NCBI GenBank assembly: GCA_946965045.2
Contig: OX337231.1
Span: 1,116,001 to 1,180,000, forward strand
Source: Epithemia pelagica
Lineage: Eukaryota > Protista > Bacillariophyta
Direction: 5' to 3'
DNA length: 64,000 nt
This document shows, in pieces, positions 29,168-41,533 of the stretch. The notes beneath the pieces were generated by a model that had not been told where the DNA came from, ran no database searches, and saw only the letters and a list, made by a program, of their open reading frames with translations. A program made the position numbers and the translations under genes. Within the stretch, counting starts at the first letter, position 1. Each line of letters starts with the position of its first letter.

Positions 29168-30159
29168 GGGTGTTTCTTATCCAATCAACAATGTAATGGG
29201 AACTGGCACTGTACTTTGGAGCATTCAGCAAGATTAAACTGGCATGCTTCGATCCCTCCGTGTTCCTGCTCTTTACATTCCGTCGGCAACCACCCGACTA
29301 TTGAGCACACCCTTCTTGCTACAAGTCTATCAGGGCAAAATAGTCTCTCAAACAGGGAACGGAATGCGGCTCTCCGGCATAGATGGATACCCACAACGCC
29401 ACCCCATCATGGCATATGCTAATCCTTGTTTGCCCTTAGCAATAGTAATATGAACGATATAAGTGTTTGCCAACAAGTTCTATCATGGTTATAGTAAAGT
29501 TTCAAACTTGCCCATTAGAAGAATAGCATGGAGAGACTCCCTCATATCCATTGCTTAGGGAGCCGTGGGAAATGGCTGTCTGCGGGCAAATGGTTGCTTA
29601 TCAGTGGTGACTCCCATGAGAAGAGCGGCGGTTAGAAGGAGCTGGTGTGGCTCCCCATCCACCACCACGAGGGAGAGCAGCGGTGGTGCCACGATGGGCC
29701 GCGTTGCTGTGCACCTGAGTCGTACCGGATGGGGAGCCCGTTTCAATGTGAATGGGGATAGTGGGTTCCCCACCTTCCTTGAGATCGGCCATCTTTTCCG
29801 TAGCCATGCTCGTCACCCAAGCTCCGTTGATAACCACGGCGTGGCTTGATAAACGGCTTCAGTGATTGCGTTGGCTCCGCCGACTTACATTCTTGCTGTG
29901 GGACAGGAGTGAGTGAAGCCGGTTGCTCAAGGGCTTCATAGGAGCGATCCTTCTCGGTGATCTTTTTGGCTAGAGTCACCAGCATGCCTTTGGTTGTCCA
30001 TGAGTGGTTGGAGTTTGTCAACGTCCAAGATCTCACTTCTCCTCTTGGTCGCCATATTCGTGCCTTCGCCGATCCATCGCATCCATGCCATCCACGGTGA
30101 GTGGTTTGCGATCGTATTTCGATTCATCCGTCCCTGCCTCCTTACAATATTTTTCATAC

Positions 30160-30530
30160 TCCACCATATTCATAGGAGATCCTGATGATACTGCACAAGC
30201 TTACTTCATTGTTTAAAAAAATATTGCAATATCACACGTACATGCATCATGTATTGAACAATTTGACACGAAGTTATCATGATACCGCGTCAAACAAAAT
30301 CCGTTAGACTACATCTGCACCGTTTATTGACATTCGGACACACCCATAAAGACCAATTGATGTTGATCTTCCTGGCGAACATGTTGACACAGTATATATC
30401 CTTGTTTCCTGTCGAAATACTAATATCACACATATTGGAGAAACAATGCATTTGGCAAAAAGAATCAACGAACATAATTCTGGTATAGGGAGTACACAGA
30501 CCGACTCAGAAGCTCTTCGTCCATGGGCAA
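30160..30530 (+). pseudogene. Second SLX1-type GIY-YIG nuclease fragment
   Basis: LPGEHVDTVYILVSCRNTNITHIGETMHLAKRINEHNSGIGSTQTDSEALRPW, preceded by TIFIGDPDDTAQA and LQYHTYMHHVL. Confidence 0.75.
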
Positions 30531-31739
30531 CCACAACATCCTCATCAAAAAGACAAAAAAAACAGAAAAAGAACACTAAGACAACCACACCCCCACAACA
30601 TCCACAACCGAACCCACACCCAATGAAGACAACCACAACAAGCAGAGCACCCACCATACCACAGCCTACGGACACAAAACCACCCAAGGAGAAACAGCAG
30701 AGGACCACAGCCACCACCACCACCAACACTCCAACACCGAAGCCAACAACAGCAAACACCCCAACACCCAACAACAAAGAACACTCCAACACCAACACCC
30801 ACACCGACACCAACACCCAAGATGACTGCTGTCGTATTCAGTACAGTCTGTGAACTACGCAGTGCGGTCTCGTATTACTTGACCGTGGACATGCTGGCGA
30901 CCCAGGGGCATGAGGTCTTTTCCGACCGTAATCACCACTTGTTACTGGGCATGACTCTGCTCCGAGCACATACTTCACGTGGCGTTTTCGGGCGCGTATT
31001 GGAGATGCGCCTAAGCCGTCCCATGTGCTATTAATGCGCCATGTTATAGCAGTGGATCGCTTTTGCCGCTTGAACTATGCGGGCAGCCATAACCTTTCCA
31101 CCTATCGCTATTGGGCCCAGGAAAGGCTTGCCAATTGTATTTCGTTCGTATTTTGTTTTTGTTGTTTGTGCGTGTTGGATTGTTGTGTGTTGTTGTTGTC
31201 ACATCTCTTCAAAGCACTTTTTGTCACATCTTCATGATGGAGTCATTCACTTTAGATGTGTTGTACTACAATAAGCTCCTGTCCAAAAATGGTTAGGTTT
31301 GTTGCTCTGTAATGCAATCTACCACCAGGGTAATGGAGAGATGCATTTGATGACCACCTGGGCCATAACCTGGGAGTAGACCTTGTTGTTCGATGTGTAT
31401 TCTTTGATGCGGCACGCTGTGTGTCATTGAGACGATGTCCTTTTTTAGCAACTGGACCACGATTGTTCTCATGATAGACGAGGTGTTGTACGTCACCAAC
31501 TCGTAGTTTGTCAGCGTGGTTGTATGGGCACACCCATCCGACTACATGACAAACAAATATTGCACCAAACACGGTTTCCATGTGTGCCAAGAATGCGACA
31601 CCCCAACGGTCATCTTTACCACACAGGGACACCTAAGACAACACACTTGTAACTCCCTCACCAATCCCAGATGGCCTGTCATCCAAAGTGTTTCCATCCA
31701 GGCACAGCAAAGCATGCGACAACATAATGCCCATTTCCT

Positions 31740-32390
31740 CATTTTGGAACAGACCTTCCAACACAACAGTTCAATTTCCTTCTTACAAGCCTCCATGAAA
31801 CCGGCTGCATCCGGTCCGTTCATGGCGTCATGCCATCTAGGATTGTCCGCTGCATCGGCTTTTGTTACTAGCACCATAGGGTGCATAGCTTCGAGGGTTC
31901 CCGTCTTCACGTCCATGTGGAGTGCCATTAGGTGTCCCAATAAGGTTGAGGTTGGCGACTTGAGTTCGTGAATGGCTGTACTCCAATCCAGTCCTGCCAG
32001 GAATGCATCGTTCAACGAATTTCGCTTCACTTTTGCTCGCGCGTATGACTCAGATTCGTGGGAAAAGTGAGAGACTGCAGCCCACCGTGCTTGCGAAAAG
32101 CTTGCATACTTGGGATTAGGCTTGCGAGTCTGTTTACCACGACCAAAAGTCATTTCGTCCGGCTGTTCAAAGTGCCGTCCTCTTCGCTCTTTCTCCTGTT
32201 CAGGCGGCAAGCACACAGCCAGCCCTGGCCGAACCGCCACAGCCCTGGCCGAACCGATTCTCCCAGTCCTCAGCATTCCTGCTCCGTCCAATCTCCCTCG
32301 CGGCCCTTCACCACAGCCAACATCCGACATCTTGGCATCACTCCCCAAACTGCCACCCAACCTGTCAGTTTGAAATGTTATCCGCAAAGC
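31740..32390 (-). pseudogene. Copia pol fragment (integrase-RT linker to the start of RT), truncated
   Basis: AFLAGLDWS...LEAMHPMVLVTKADAADNPRWHDAMNGPDAAGFMEACKKEIEL. Confidence 0.85.
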
Positions 32391-33259
32391 AGATTCAACA
32401 GACCCATATAGTTTTTGTAGGTTTCCTCCACGATGCGAGGCAACATTCCTCCACTGATGTATTCTTCCACTGCCGCCATATCAAAGGTCATACCGAACAG
32501 AGTTTCTGTCAACGCGTTTGTTTGTCGTTCGCATTCGTGTTCCATGGCTTCCACTACCTCGTCATAAAACCCGTCGTTGTCTGGGTCCGTCAGGAGGCGC
32601 AAGCCGTGGTACTGCCGAAGCATGTGAATATGATGAGGATGAGATTGGAGGGGACCTACCGGCTAAGGCGGAAGGTTTGGATCCGATTGCAGTTGTGGAA
32701 GATGCGGAAGTGCAAGACGGAGGTGGTCGTGGCGGGTATTGGTTTCGCGGGCTGAGTCCGGCCAGCCGGAGCGCAGTCAACCGAACAGAGACCGGCGGTA
32801 ATAGGTGAGGACGCGCGGAAGGAGAATCAATGGGAAGTCCTGGGGGTAGGCGGCCGAACGCAGCGGTTGGGGATCGTGTTAGGTTGAAAAAACCAGCTTG
32901 ATTGGTGGCTCTGGACCTTTGCAAGTTCTGTCTCATAGTGTGATTTGCAATGGCGGCAGACTAGACTACATACATGTTTAATCCAGCTCGTCGGTCAATT
33001 TCCATGAATTGCTTGTAGATCTCTTCATTGGCCTTGTGCGCACGACTTTTGCCTTTCGAACCCTCCTTCCTTCTTATGGCTTAGGCATGGGCTTGTTAGT
33101 TGATTTCTCCTTTTGGCTTACATGAGTTATATGTGTGGCTCAGCAACCAGCATTGTTGTGGACTCCTGCATTTGGTTTGGTAATTGGTCTTTTTCTGGGG
33201 CCCTATGTGTTGCTCACCTGTCGGCCTTGTAGTTTACTTGTACATTTGGCACACCGCTC

Positions 33260-33800
33260 AGAAATGTAGTGGTCTTATTACTTTGGCTCTCCGGTTGGTC
33301 CTCCATGTGGCCCATGGCCTCAACACAAACGGGATCAACTCACCGTCTACGTAACAAACATTCTCTAGTCCCTTCCCACCCCTTCCGGTGGCAGGCGCCT
33401 GTCCCCGCAACAGGCAGCTACCATTCTGGGTCTGGTCCGCCACAGCGCCGCGGCGTCCCTCTTGGGCATCTACTTTACCCTCGCGGCTGCCATCCCACAT
33501 CCACCCAGTTCTGGCGGCGCACGCACTTTAGCCTTTCCCGTGAAACCGTCCTTGATTTGCAATCGCTCATTATCTATCTCCCTTCAACGGCCTCTGACCA
33601 CATTTGGTCTCATCCCATTAGTCTTATCGTCCCACGCGAATCCCAGTTCGCGGACTTGGGAGATGCCTCCATTGAGGGTCTTGGAGGTTGGTTGAATACA
33701 AAGTACCCTTTTATGTGGCGCCTCACCAAAGCCGACCTCGTCTTTCTCGGTTTCATCATACCGAAAGACATGCAAGCAACAAAACGCCTTGCCGACTCCC
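33260..33800 (+). pseudogene. DIRS-like RT C-terminus / RNase H fragment
   Basis: ATILGLVRHSAAASLLGIYFTL, then after a frameshift HIWSHPISLIVPR..QFADLGDASIEGLGGW....FMWRLTKADL (DAS RNase H motif). Confidence 0.7.
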
Positions 33801-33949
33801 ACAACGATCCCGCCATGATCGAATATGCACTACCTCGAGTTATCCAAGGTTTCGAACATCTCAATATCGAGACCAAAATCCTGAAGGACTCGCTGAAAAA
33901 GATTTTCTTTGAATTGTTCGACAATCAAAAATCTGCGATCGAGCGCACA

Positions 33950-35224
33950 TCATCTGGTATAATTGAGTATCCGGAAAACATGGAAATAAGGATGAATCAA
34001 GAGAATGACAGTAAGTTCATGCGCTACACCCAGACACTTTCCCAGGCTCTGAAGACATCCATTGCCGGAACAGTAGGGGCTATAACTGATGCTACAGATC
34101 AGGCAGCCGCAGGAGTTTTCACCAAACACCCCCCCCCCCGGGAACCATGCTCGGATCAGATACAAATTATGCGTCCGACATTTAATCCTTGTTTGTCCGC
34201 CAAAGAGCGACAAGTACTTTTGCTGTAGATCAGACATAGTTGTTTGTGAAATTTTCACAAAAACCATTATCAACCACGAATCAAATGTATATTCGTCCAG
34301 ATTTTCAATTGGAAGTTGATATTTTCCATTTCCCGAGATAAACCACCATTTGGAACAGTTTGTGGTCCCGTGTCTGCTTAATGTTTCTGCATGTCCATTT
34401 TCATGTGAAAGTAAAATCGACCGACATTCTAAGACAGGGTATTCATGTTGAATACTTTTCATCATGTCTGATATTGTTGATTTGTTGTCATGCTCATTCT
34501 CCTTCCCACAAATGTTTGTCACAATGGTAATAGCACTTCGATGTGTGGCTTGTTTTTGTTCGTTTGTTGCAGATTCAATGAACATTGGGTATCGACAAAC
34601 TTGAATATCATCTATAGCAGTAAACAGCTCGGCAAGACTTGTTTGTGGAGAAAATATATACTCAGATGATTCTTGATGATGTGGATGCAATTTGGTGAAT
34701 AGATTGGAGATGTTCAAAAAAGGATTGCTTTGTTTCTGTGAAATAGAACATTGTGGAAAATATTCTTTTCCAAGATAATGCAACATATACCCGTACCAAT
34801 CCACATCATTGGTGACTTTGTGATTGACAATTTTCCACATTTCTGGTACATGAACCAATAGTGTTGATAACACCCATATTAGAAGCGCTTCATGAATAGG
34901 TTGCTTACCCAAAGGAATTGTTTCGAAAGGAGAACCGTGTTCTGAGTGAACCAAAGAATGCACACGAATAATACATTTCGGCCATGATGGTGAAGAGAAA
35001 ACTTGTTTATGTAAACAAGGAGGTGACTCATTCAAGTTCGTCCGGTTCAAAATCATTTGTCCATGAGTCTTCGTATCATTTTCTAACTCTTTTAGCAAAG
35101 GCTGTTGAATTTTTTGGACTGTTTCATCTGAAGGATAGACCATGGAACACATTTCTTGAAAACATCTTGATGTGAGTTCATGAATGGTATTCTCTTCTGC
35201 CATTGTGTTCAAATTAGCTACCAA
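33950..35224 (-). CDS. 424-aa hypothetical protein fragment, probably part of a larger degraded TE protein
   Basis: Long ORF with natural composition (LECRSILL...SRHG...KWWF). The upstream frame 35214-35438 appears to continue it. No family recognised. Confidence 0.5.
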   Translation of the reverse strand: MVANLNTMAEENTIHELTSRCFQEMCSMVYPSDETVQKIQQPLLKELENDTKTHGQMILNRTNLNESPPCLHKQVFSSPSWPKCIIRVHSLVHSEHGSPFETIPLGKQPIHEALLIWVLSTLLVHVPEMWKIVNHKVTNDVDWYGYMLHYLGKEYFPQCSISQKQSNPFLNISNLFTKLHPHHQESSEYIFSPQTSLAELFTAIDDIQVCRYPMFIESATNEQKQATHRSAITIVTNICGKENEHDNKSTISDMMKSIQHEYPVLECRSILLSHENGHAETLSRHGTTNCSKWWFISGNGKYQLPIENLDEYTFDSWLIMVFVKISQTTMSDLQQKYLSLFGGQTRIKCRTHNLYLIRAWFPGGGVFGENSCGCLICSISYSPYCSGNGCLQSLGKCLGVAHELTVILLIHPYFHVFRILNYTR

Positions 35225-35369
35225 TCAGGTCTGCATCGAAATGCCCATAAATCATGCTCCAAACCAATGAAATCGCTTTTTTATATGCTCCTTGATTTGA
35301 GAGTGATGCAGAATCAAGCCCAGAATAGCAACCATCGAGTCGATTCAGTTGAAACGAATCTGAGTACTT

Positions 35370-35600
35370 CCTGGGACATCCTACAACGTATATCTTGGTC
35401 CTGGCCTTCTGGTGGTGTGGTGTCTGGTGCTGGGACATGTTCCTACACCCTAAGATCTAATACGTTTTCTTGGTTCTGGGCTTCTGGTGGTGTGGATTCT
35501 AGCGCTGGGACGTCTTCCTACATCCTAAGATCTTATAGGTTTTCTTGGTGCAGGGCTTCTGATGCTGTGGTGTCTGGTGCTGGGACATCCCCCTACATCT
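35370..35600. repeat. 75-bp (25-codon) degenerate tandem repeat, ~3 copies
   Basis: tcttgg...ttctg(g/a)tg.tgtgg...gctgggac recurs at 35393, 35468 and 35543. Confidence 0.85.
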
Positions 35601-36628
35601 TCTCAAACGGAGCCAGTAGCCTACCACCTCCATCTTCTACGCACTCCAGACACCCACCACCTTAACTCAACAACTATCTGAAACTACCCCGGCTTTCTAA
35701 CCAACATTCTTCGCCCCACCATGGCAGCGGCAGCGGCGGCACCAGCATCCAGACACCCGAGCGCAAACGACCAAGCCCAGCAGCCAACAACACACACATC
35801 AAGACTCCTCGACCTTACTCGAAGGATCACACAACGCAATCAAAACAACGACGATGCCAACACCGACAATACGACAACAACCACCACGACCAGAACAAGG
35901 TCAACCACACCAACAACACAGCCACCCCGGAAGCGAGCAGCACCATCCGACGACACACCGACACCGGAAGACGACGCCCCAGACACACCGAAAACAACAA
36001 CAGACAACAGATACGGTAGCGTCATGTTTAGGGTATATTACTTACTCTACCTTTGTACTGTTGCATCATCTAAATTCCATGTCACACTGATGTCTACTTT
36101 TCTCACACATTCGACGAGGCCCAATACGATCTCCTCTCGCAAGAGATGTGCGGTGCCATCAGATACACACCAAACTCGTACCTTATACGATCTCCTCTTG
36201 CAGTCATATACTGTGTGATCACACAGACACCAACCTCAGGACCTTTCTCTTCATTTCATTCCAATATCACACCATGCCAACCGCTGGTCTTCACCACTAC
36301 AAGAAAGAAGATACCGACACTCTTCTACTAGACGATGAGTCCACAGACTCAAGCAACTTGTCGGACAACTGATACGCCACAAGTTGTCTTTCTTCATTTC
36401 CTCAAACAAAGGTTCCCTGAAGTTGCTCCCGTCAAATTTGCCGATGACCAGTCAAGACAGTACCTCCGCGATTCAAGTGAAAAACAGGGCAGGTCAAAGC
36501 AAGCTGAGTGAACACGGTACTAACCGGTTGCTCTGTCCTGATTTTCATCAAGGGTCAAAGAGGGAAGAACAGAACTTGCGTACTCTCACCAAGGATAATT
36601 TACTGTTCTAGGCGCTGTGCAAACAAGA

Positions 36629-37080
36629 TCCAGTCGACACTACAACAAAAGTGCTTCTGGTTCCTTGTTATCCCTTTGCACGATACTAGACTGTGATTGT
36701 CCTAGAAGAAGACGCTACAACGAAAGCGCTTCGGGCAAGGGAACAATAGCAAGACCAACCCTCAACGATACCTCGCTTGTCTACTTAGTGGTGTGGGTAT
36801 AAGAGATACAATCCAGTCGACACTACAAAAAAGTGCTTATGGTTGCACCTTACCCCTCCATCTAATAGATTGACTGTCTTGAAGAAGAAGACGCTACAAA
36901 GAAAGCGCTTCATCCAAGGTGAGAAGGCTAACAAGCCAAACCCAAAACGACAGCTCCCTTTTTCTACGTCGTGGTGCGAGAATAAAATATACAATCCAGT
37001 CGACACTACAACAAAAGTGCTTCTGGTTGCACCTTCCCCTTCCATCTGATAGACTACTAAAGAAGACGCGACAACAAAAG
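36629..37080. repeat. 183-bp degenerate tandem repeat, ~2.5 copies
   Basis: tccagtcgacactacaa(c)aaaagtgctt at 36629, 36812 and 36995. Confidence 0.85.
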
Positions 37081-37379
37081 CGCCTCACCAAGGACTGGAA
37101 GACCTGGAGCAACTGTCTACAGAACACGCCGGAGGAATAGTGACAGAATTTTGTCCACGGCAAGGACTGTGAGAGTTTGATATCCGAATCGAGAAACTCT
37201 ATCATCTTATTTCCCGTGACAACGATAACACCATGGTGAACGGAAACCCCGACAAGAATGGACGGGAGCACAACTGGCCGGTTAAAATGAGTCTCAGAAA
37301 GATCAAATGATGAAGAAGATGTGTGAGACGATGGTCAGGGTAATGACTGCGGAGGACAAGAAAAATGGGTTTCTACGCA

Positions 37380-37836
37380 TTTACAAGCCAATAAAGCAGG
37401 ACTTGTGCACTCCTCCAAGAGTCCCCCTCGATCCTTGAACGAAGTGTTACCAAATGAGAACGTTGCCATGATTGTTGAGAATTATTTCCCGCTTGAAAAG
37501 TGCCAGGACCTATACGGGTTCTTGGGTGGTGAGTAGGAAGGTCTGGCTGATGTTTTGAACTAAATCCCACCTACAGTCCTCGGACAAGAAGTTGGTGTCC
37601 GAGCCGTATTCCTCCACTTGGTCCTTCATGTAGATGAATAGCGAGTCCAAGAACTTCTTGGACTTGGACAATAGGTACCGGGCAATTATTTTTCCATCTC
37701 CGGACATTATTGAATTCTTGATCTCCTTCAAGTGTGAGTTGTTTCTCTCCGCCAGCAACTTTCGAATAGAGTTGGCTACTCCCAAGTCGCGAGAGCCGGT
37801 CCCCTTAAATTTAGCATAAGTGTCAACCTTGGCCAA
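37380..37836 (-). pseudogene. Retroelement gag-like fragment, family uncertain
   Basis: Protein-like helical ORF (GDGKIIARYLLSKSKKFLDSLFIYMKDQVEEYG...WDLVQ) among retroelement remnants; no diagnostic motif. Confidence 0.3.
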
Positions 37837-38394
37837 CTTTCTGGGTTGCTCCTGGCTTGATCCGGTGTGCCGGCAAGAGCGGTCGGTGCTTCAAGCTGGA
37901 ATGAATAAATCACCCTTTGCCTTCAGTTTAAGTCCCCCTTTATATCTTGTATGTTACCTCAATAAATTGGGCCTAATGTGTAGGCTAATTGGCTGGTTTC
38001 ATGGAGACAAGGAGTCTATACAAAGCAGTGTAGTCAAGAGATGTTCTCTATACAAAGCAGTGTAGTCAGGAAATGTTCCACTGTGATTGAGGAATTGAGA
38101 TGCAGCCAACCATGAAGCCAACCCAAGTGATTTTTCAGTTTTGCTTTTTATCCTTAATTCCACAATGTCTGTCAGTAGGATTGTCGGAAGATGTACCGGG
38201 GATCATAGGCCATATCCCCAAAGGGGAGATCGGCCGCAAACACCCGGCGGAGCCACCGACCACACGAGAGACCGGAGAGGCTATCAAAAAACAGCATAAC
38301 ATCGACCGTGGCAGACTGAGAGGACTTCGTGGCTGGTCCCAGGCGGAGGCCGGAGCCACACACGCGGCCCAAAAGAGGAGGGGTGGGATTTACC

Positions 38395-38850
38395 CAAGGG
38401 CGAAATGGTAATAAGCATCCCAAGAGGACAACGAAAGGTCGGGAGATTGCGGTGGAACTTATGGACGGATTGCAAGTGTGGATGCCCATGAAGGATGTGA
38501 AGGATCGGTACCCAATCGATGTGGCAGAGTACGCGGTGGCTAGGGGAATCGAGGACGAGCCAGCGTTCCACTGGTGGGTTCCGTGTGAAGAAAAAGTATT
38601 GGAAGACGACAGAAAAGTTCGGAATTCGATTGCCGCATTCAGTTGACGGAGCACTTGCGATTGACAAGGAAACGGGAACCAACTACTGGTCTAAGGCAAT
38701 CGAGAAGGAATAGAGGGTAGTGAGCGTCTCCTGGGAATCACGGGAAGATCTCGATTTGGGGGAAGTGCGCGCCAGGCGACAGCTTGTTGGCTAGACCGAG
38801 ATCAAGTGCCACATGGTGTTTGACATCAAGATGGAATTGACGAGAAAGAA
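38395..38850 (+). pseudogene. Copia pol fragment of a second lineage (pre-RT domain and start of RT)
   Basis: TTKGREIAVELMDGLQVWMPMKDVKDRYPIDVAEYAVARGIEDEPAFHWWVP; KYWKTTEKFGIRLPHSVDGALAIDKETGTNYWSKAIEKE*; EIKCHMVFDIKMELTRK. Confidence 0.88.
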
Positions 38851-39959
38851 TGGGAACAATTGATGACAATTGAACACTACCAAGCTGCATTTCCGGAATT
38901 CTGTCACCACAAGCAAGAACCGATCGCCTTCATTCTGTACCTTCGCGGTACCCCAGAAACCATCTATCTGGTACACAGGCATGGGCCACGTTGGTACGGG
39001 TGGCCTGGGTAACAAGAGGTGAAAGGCGTCCGAAGCAATTCTGTTACTGGCCAGGATTGAAGCCACCAGCATAGGCAGGACGGGGTGGAGTTTGGAACAT
39101 CCCCGCAGCTTCTTGGTGGTTGGCCGCCGGGAAAGGTTGATGTTGGCCCTTGCAGCAGGCTTCCTATCGTTATCAATGCAACCTGGCCAAAGGCTGCTCC
39201 AAGTTGGTCGACACTTCCATTGTCATGACCAAAGGCATGATTGCCAATCCCAACCATCGCATGGTACAAGCACGCTTTTGCCACGGTGACATATAAAAGG
39301 CCTTCCATTAGAACTGCTTTTGCACCAACTTCACTCCTGTCACCTTTCGGGGGAAAGTCGAAGGAACATTTAAAAATCTGGCCATGGTATCGTTGAACTC
39401 TGTCAGACCTGATGAACCAGCACTTTGTGCACTGTCATAACCACCGTGTCGCAACATCCCAACCTGTGTTATGTAGTCATATAATCCGATCATTTCCAAC
39501 ATTTTTGATCGATCCTGGTCGGTGAGGAAAGAATTGATTGTGGTGAGCTCCATACGGAGTGTAGGGGACTCGTGTGAGTGGCTAGCGGGGGAGGCACACG
39601 GGCGAAGAGGGAATGATCAGAGGGTTGGAACAGTAGGAGGGACAGTGGTGGATGTAAAAGGCAGAGACATAAGAAGGTCAGCAGTGGATGTAGGATAGAA
39701 CGGAGTGAGAGAGGGTGTAGGAGGGGAGGGGTCGGTTGGTAGTCAAGACGGGAGTTGGGGTTGTTGGGCTATGGGTGGAGGCCGAGCTGCGGTCATGTGG
39801 GTGATGAAGTCTTGGGTGGGTTGGAGAAAAGAGTCACAATATTAGAGTAGCAAAATTATTATATTAGTGTATGCACACCAAGGGATTAGTACAGAGCAAA
39901 ATCGTGATTTTCTGTACCCCGCAGGGTACGTGCAGGCACCAACCTCGATGAAGCATGTT

Positions 39960-40291
39960 TTCAACGGTTGACGGCTGCGGTCTTCGCTCCCCTTGTCCTT
40001 GTCAGTGAATTTAGTCCTTTCCACACGTTCCTTATGACAGTGGATTCCCATCTCCAATCCCTCCGAAAGTTCTCCGCCGGACTCAAGTATCTCAGCTCCG
40101 ATGCTGCCATCGTTCCCCTTACCGAGGACGAGATCAAACACACCTTTTACCAAGGGTCGCCGACTACTTGTCGCACCAAATTTCAAGAAGCCAATCCGTT
40201 GGCACCGGACATTGTCAATCACTTTGGCACTGCCGCGCTCTTGCAAGCGATGCGCGGATATCAGTGCGCTTCTTGCCAGAAAAAGGCATGA
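39960..40291 (+). pseudogene. Possible Ty3/Gypsy gag fragment
   Basis: PLTEDEIKHTFYQGSPTTCRTKF resembles the LxxxExKxxFxxxMPxxWRxxF gag pattern. Confidence 0.35.
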
Positions 40292-41533
40292 TCACTGGAC
40301 ACTCTCCTCGAGTGCTACGGGCCTCAATGATGCCACCATGGGAATGTAAAGCAGGTCATCAATATATTGTACACTTCAATGAGGCATTCGGCATATCTGA
40401 AGTACAGCATTGACAGCATTTGTGTGTGTGAACATTTCCACAAAGTCGTAGTATGCGTATTGTGGAACAAATCTGCTCTATGACATTCACCAGTAATCTG
40501 CTCTATGACATTCACCAGATGAATAACCCCATGTGATTGTTGTATGGACCATTGGCTTGAGTGGCTGGGTAAGGGACCTCCTCATAGACTTTTCTTGTCC
40601 CAAAAACAGGAAGATCTGATCCTGTCTTCTCTCATTCATTACCTCTCAGTCTCACTTATCACAATTGGCGTCACTACGTGGTCATCATTTATTTAAACTG
40701 TGTCAATGGTTTCCATTGTGAAATGGTGCCTGGCAGGATAAGCACAGGTGAGTCATTATAATCTCCCAGAGAAGTGGCATGGAGATTGGCATGGTGCACT
40801 GGTGTGGAAAGAGATGATCGGGCTTTGTGACAGAAGTCTTCTAATATTTGTGTAGAGAGAAGTCTTCTAATATTTGTGCAGCTCGATGCAGAACACGAGA
40901 GACGAGTGGAGGAATACAGGAGTGGCTGCATTGTCCACCCAGAGGAGAGAAGAAAGCATGGTTGAATGATGTGCTACTAACTTACCCAATTCGCTTTTGC
41001 CCAAATGTAAAGGATACGGCATTCTCGCTGGTCTCCCCCCAAAAGCCCTCTACCACAAGCGTGCCTTCCTCGACATCACCGACAGCATGCGAACCCATCT
41101 CCTCCCCTTCCTCCCCACCCAGTTCCACCAATCGGCTGACTTTACCGCCCCCTTCGGCCTCCTCGTCCGACCTCAGCCCCAACGTTACCCTCCCCACCAT
41201 CCTTCTGTCGGCCTCCTCGCACCTACCCCAGGACCGGAGAATGGTACTGTAATACTAGTTTTGCTTGAAGGTACAGTTTGTCATATGAGGGATGCACTAG
41301 GTTGTTGCGCGTGGGGCGGGCCTTCGAAAGCAACAATCGTAAACGATCGTGCAACCCATGCCATTCTTTGCTCGTCCGAACTGCTTTTTGTCGAATGAAG
41401 ATGGTGTGTAACGAAGGTTCTGGTAAGTCAATGGGTAAACGCTTCTACAGAACTGCTCTAAACATACCTATCGCTAGAACCTTCCATTTGCTTACCCATT
41501 GAACCATAGGATCTTCTGTTATCTCGGGGAGTA

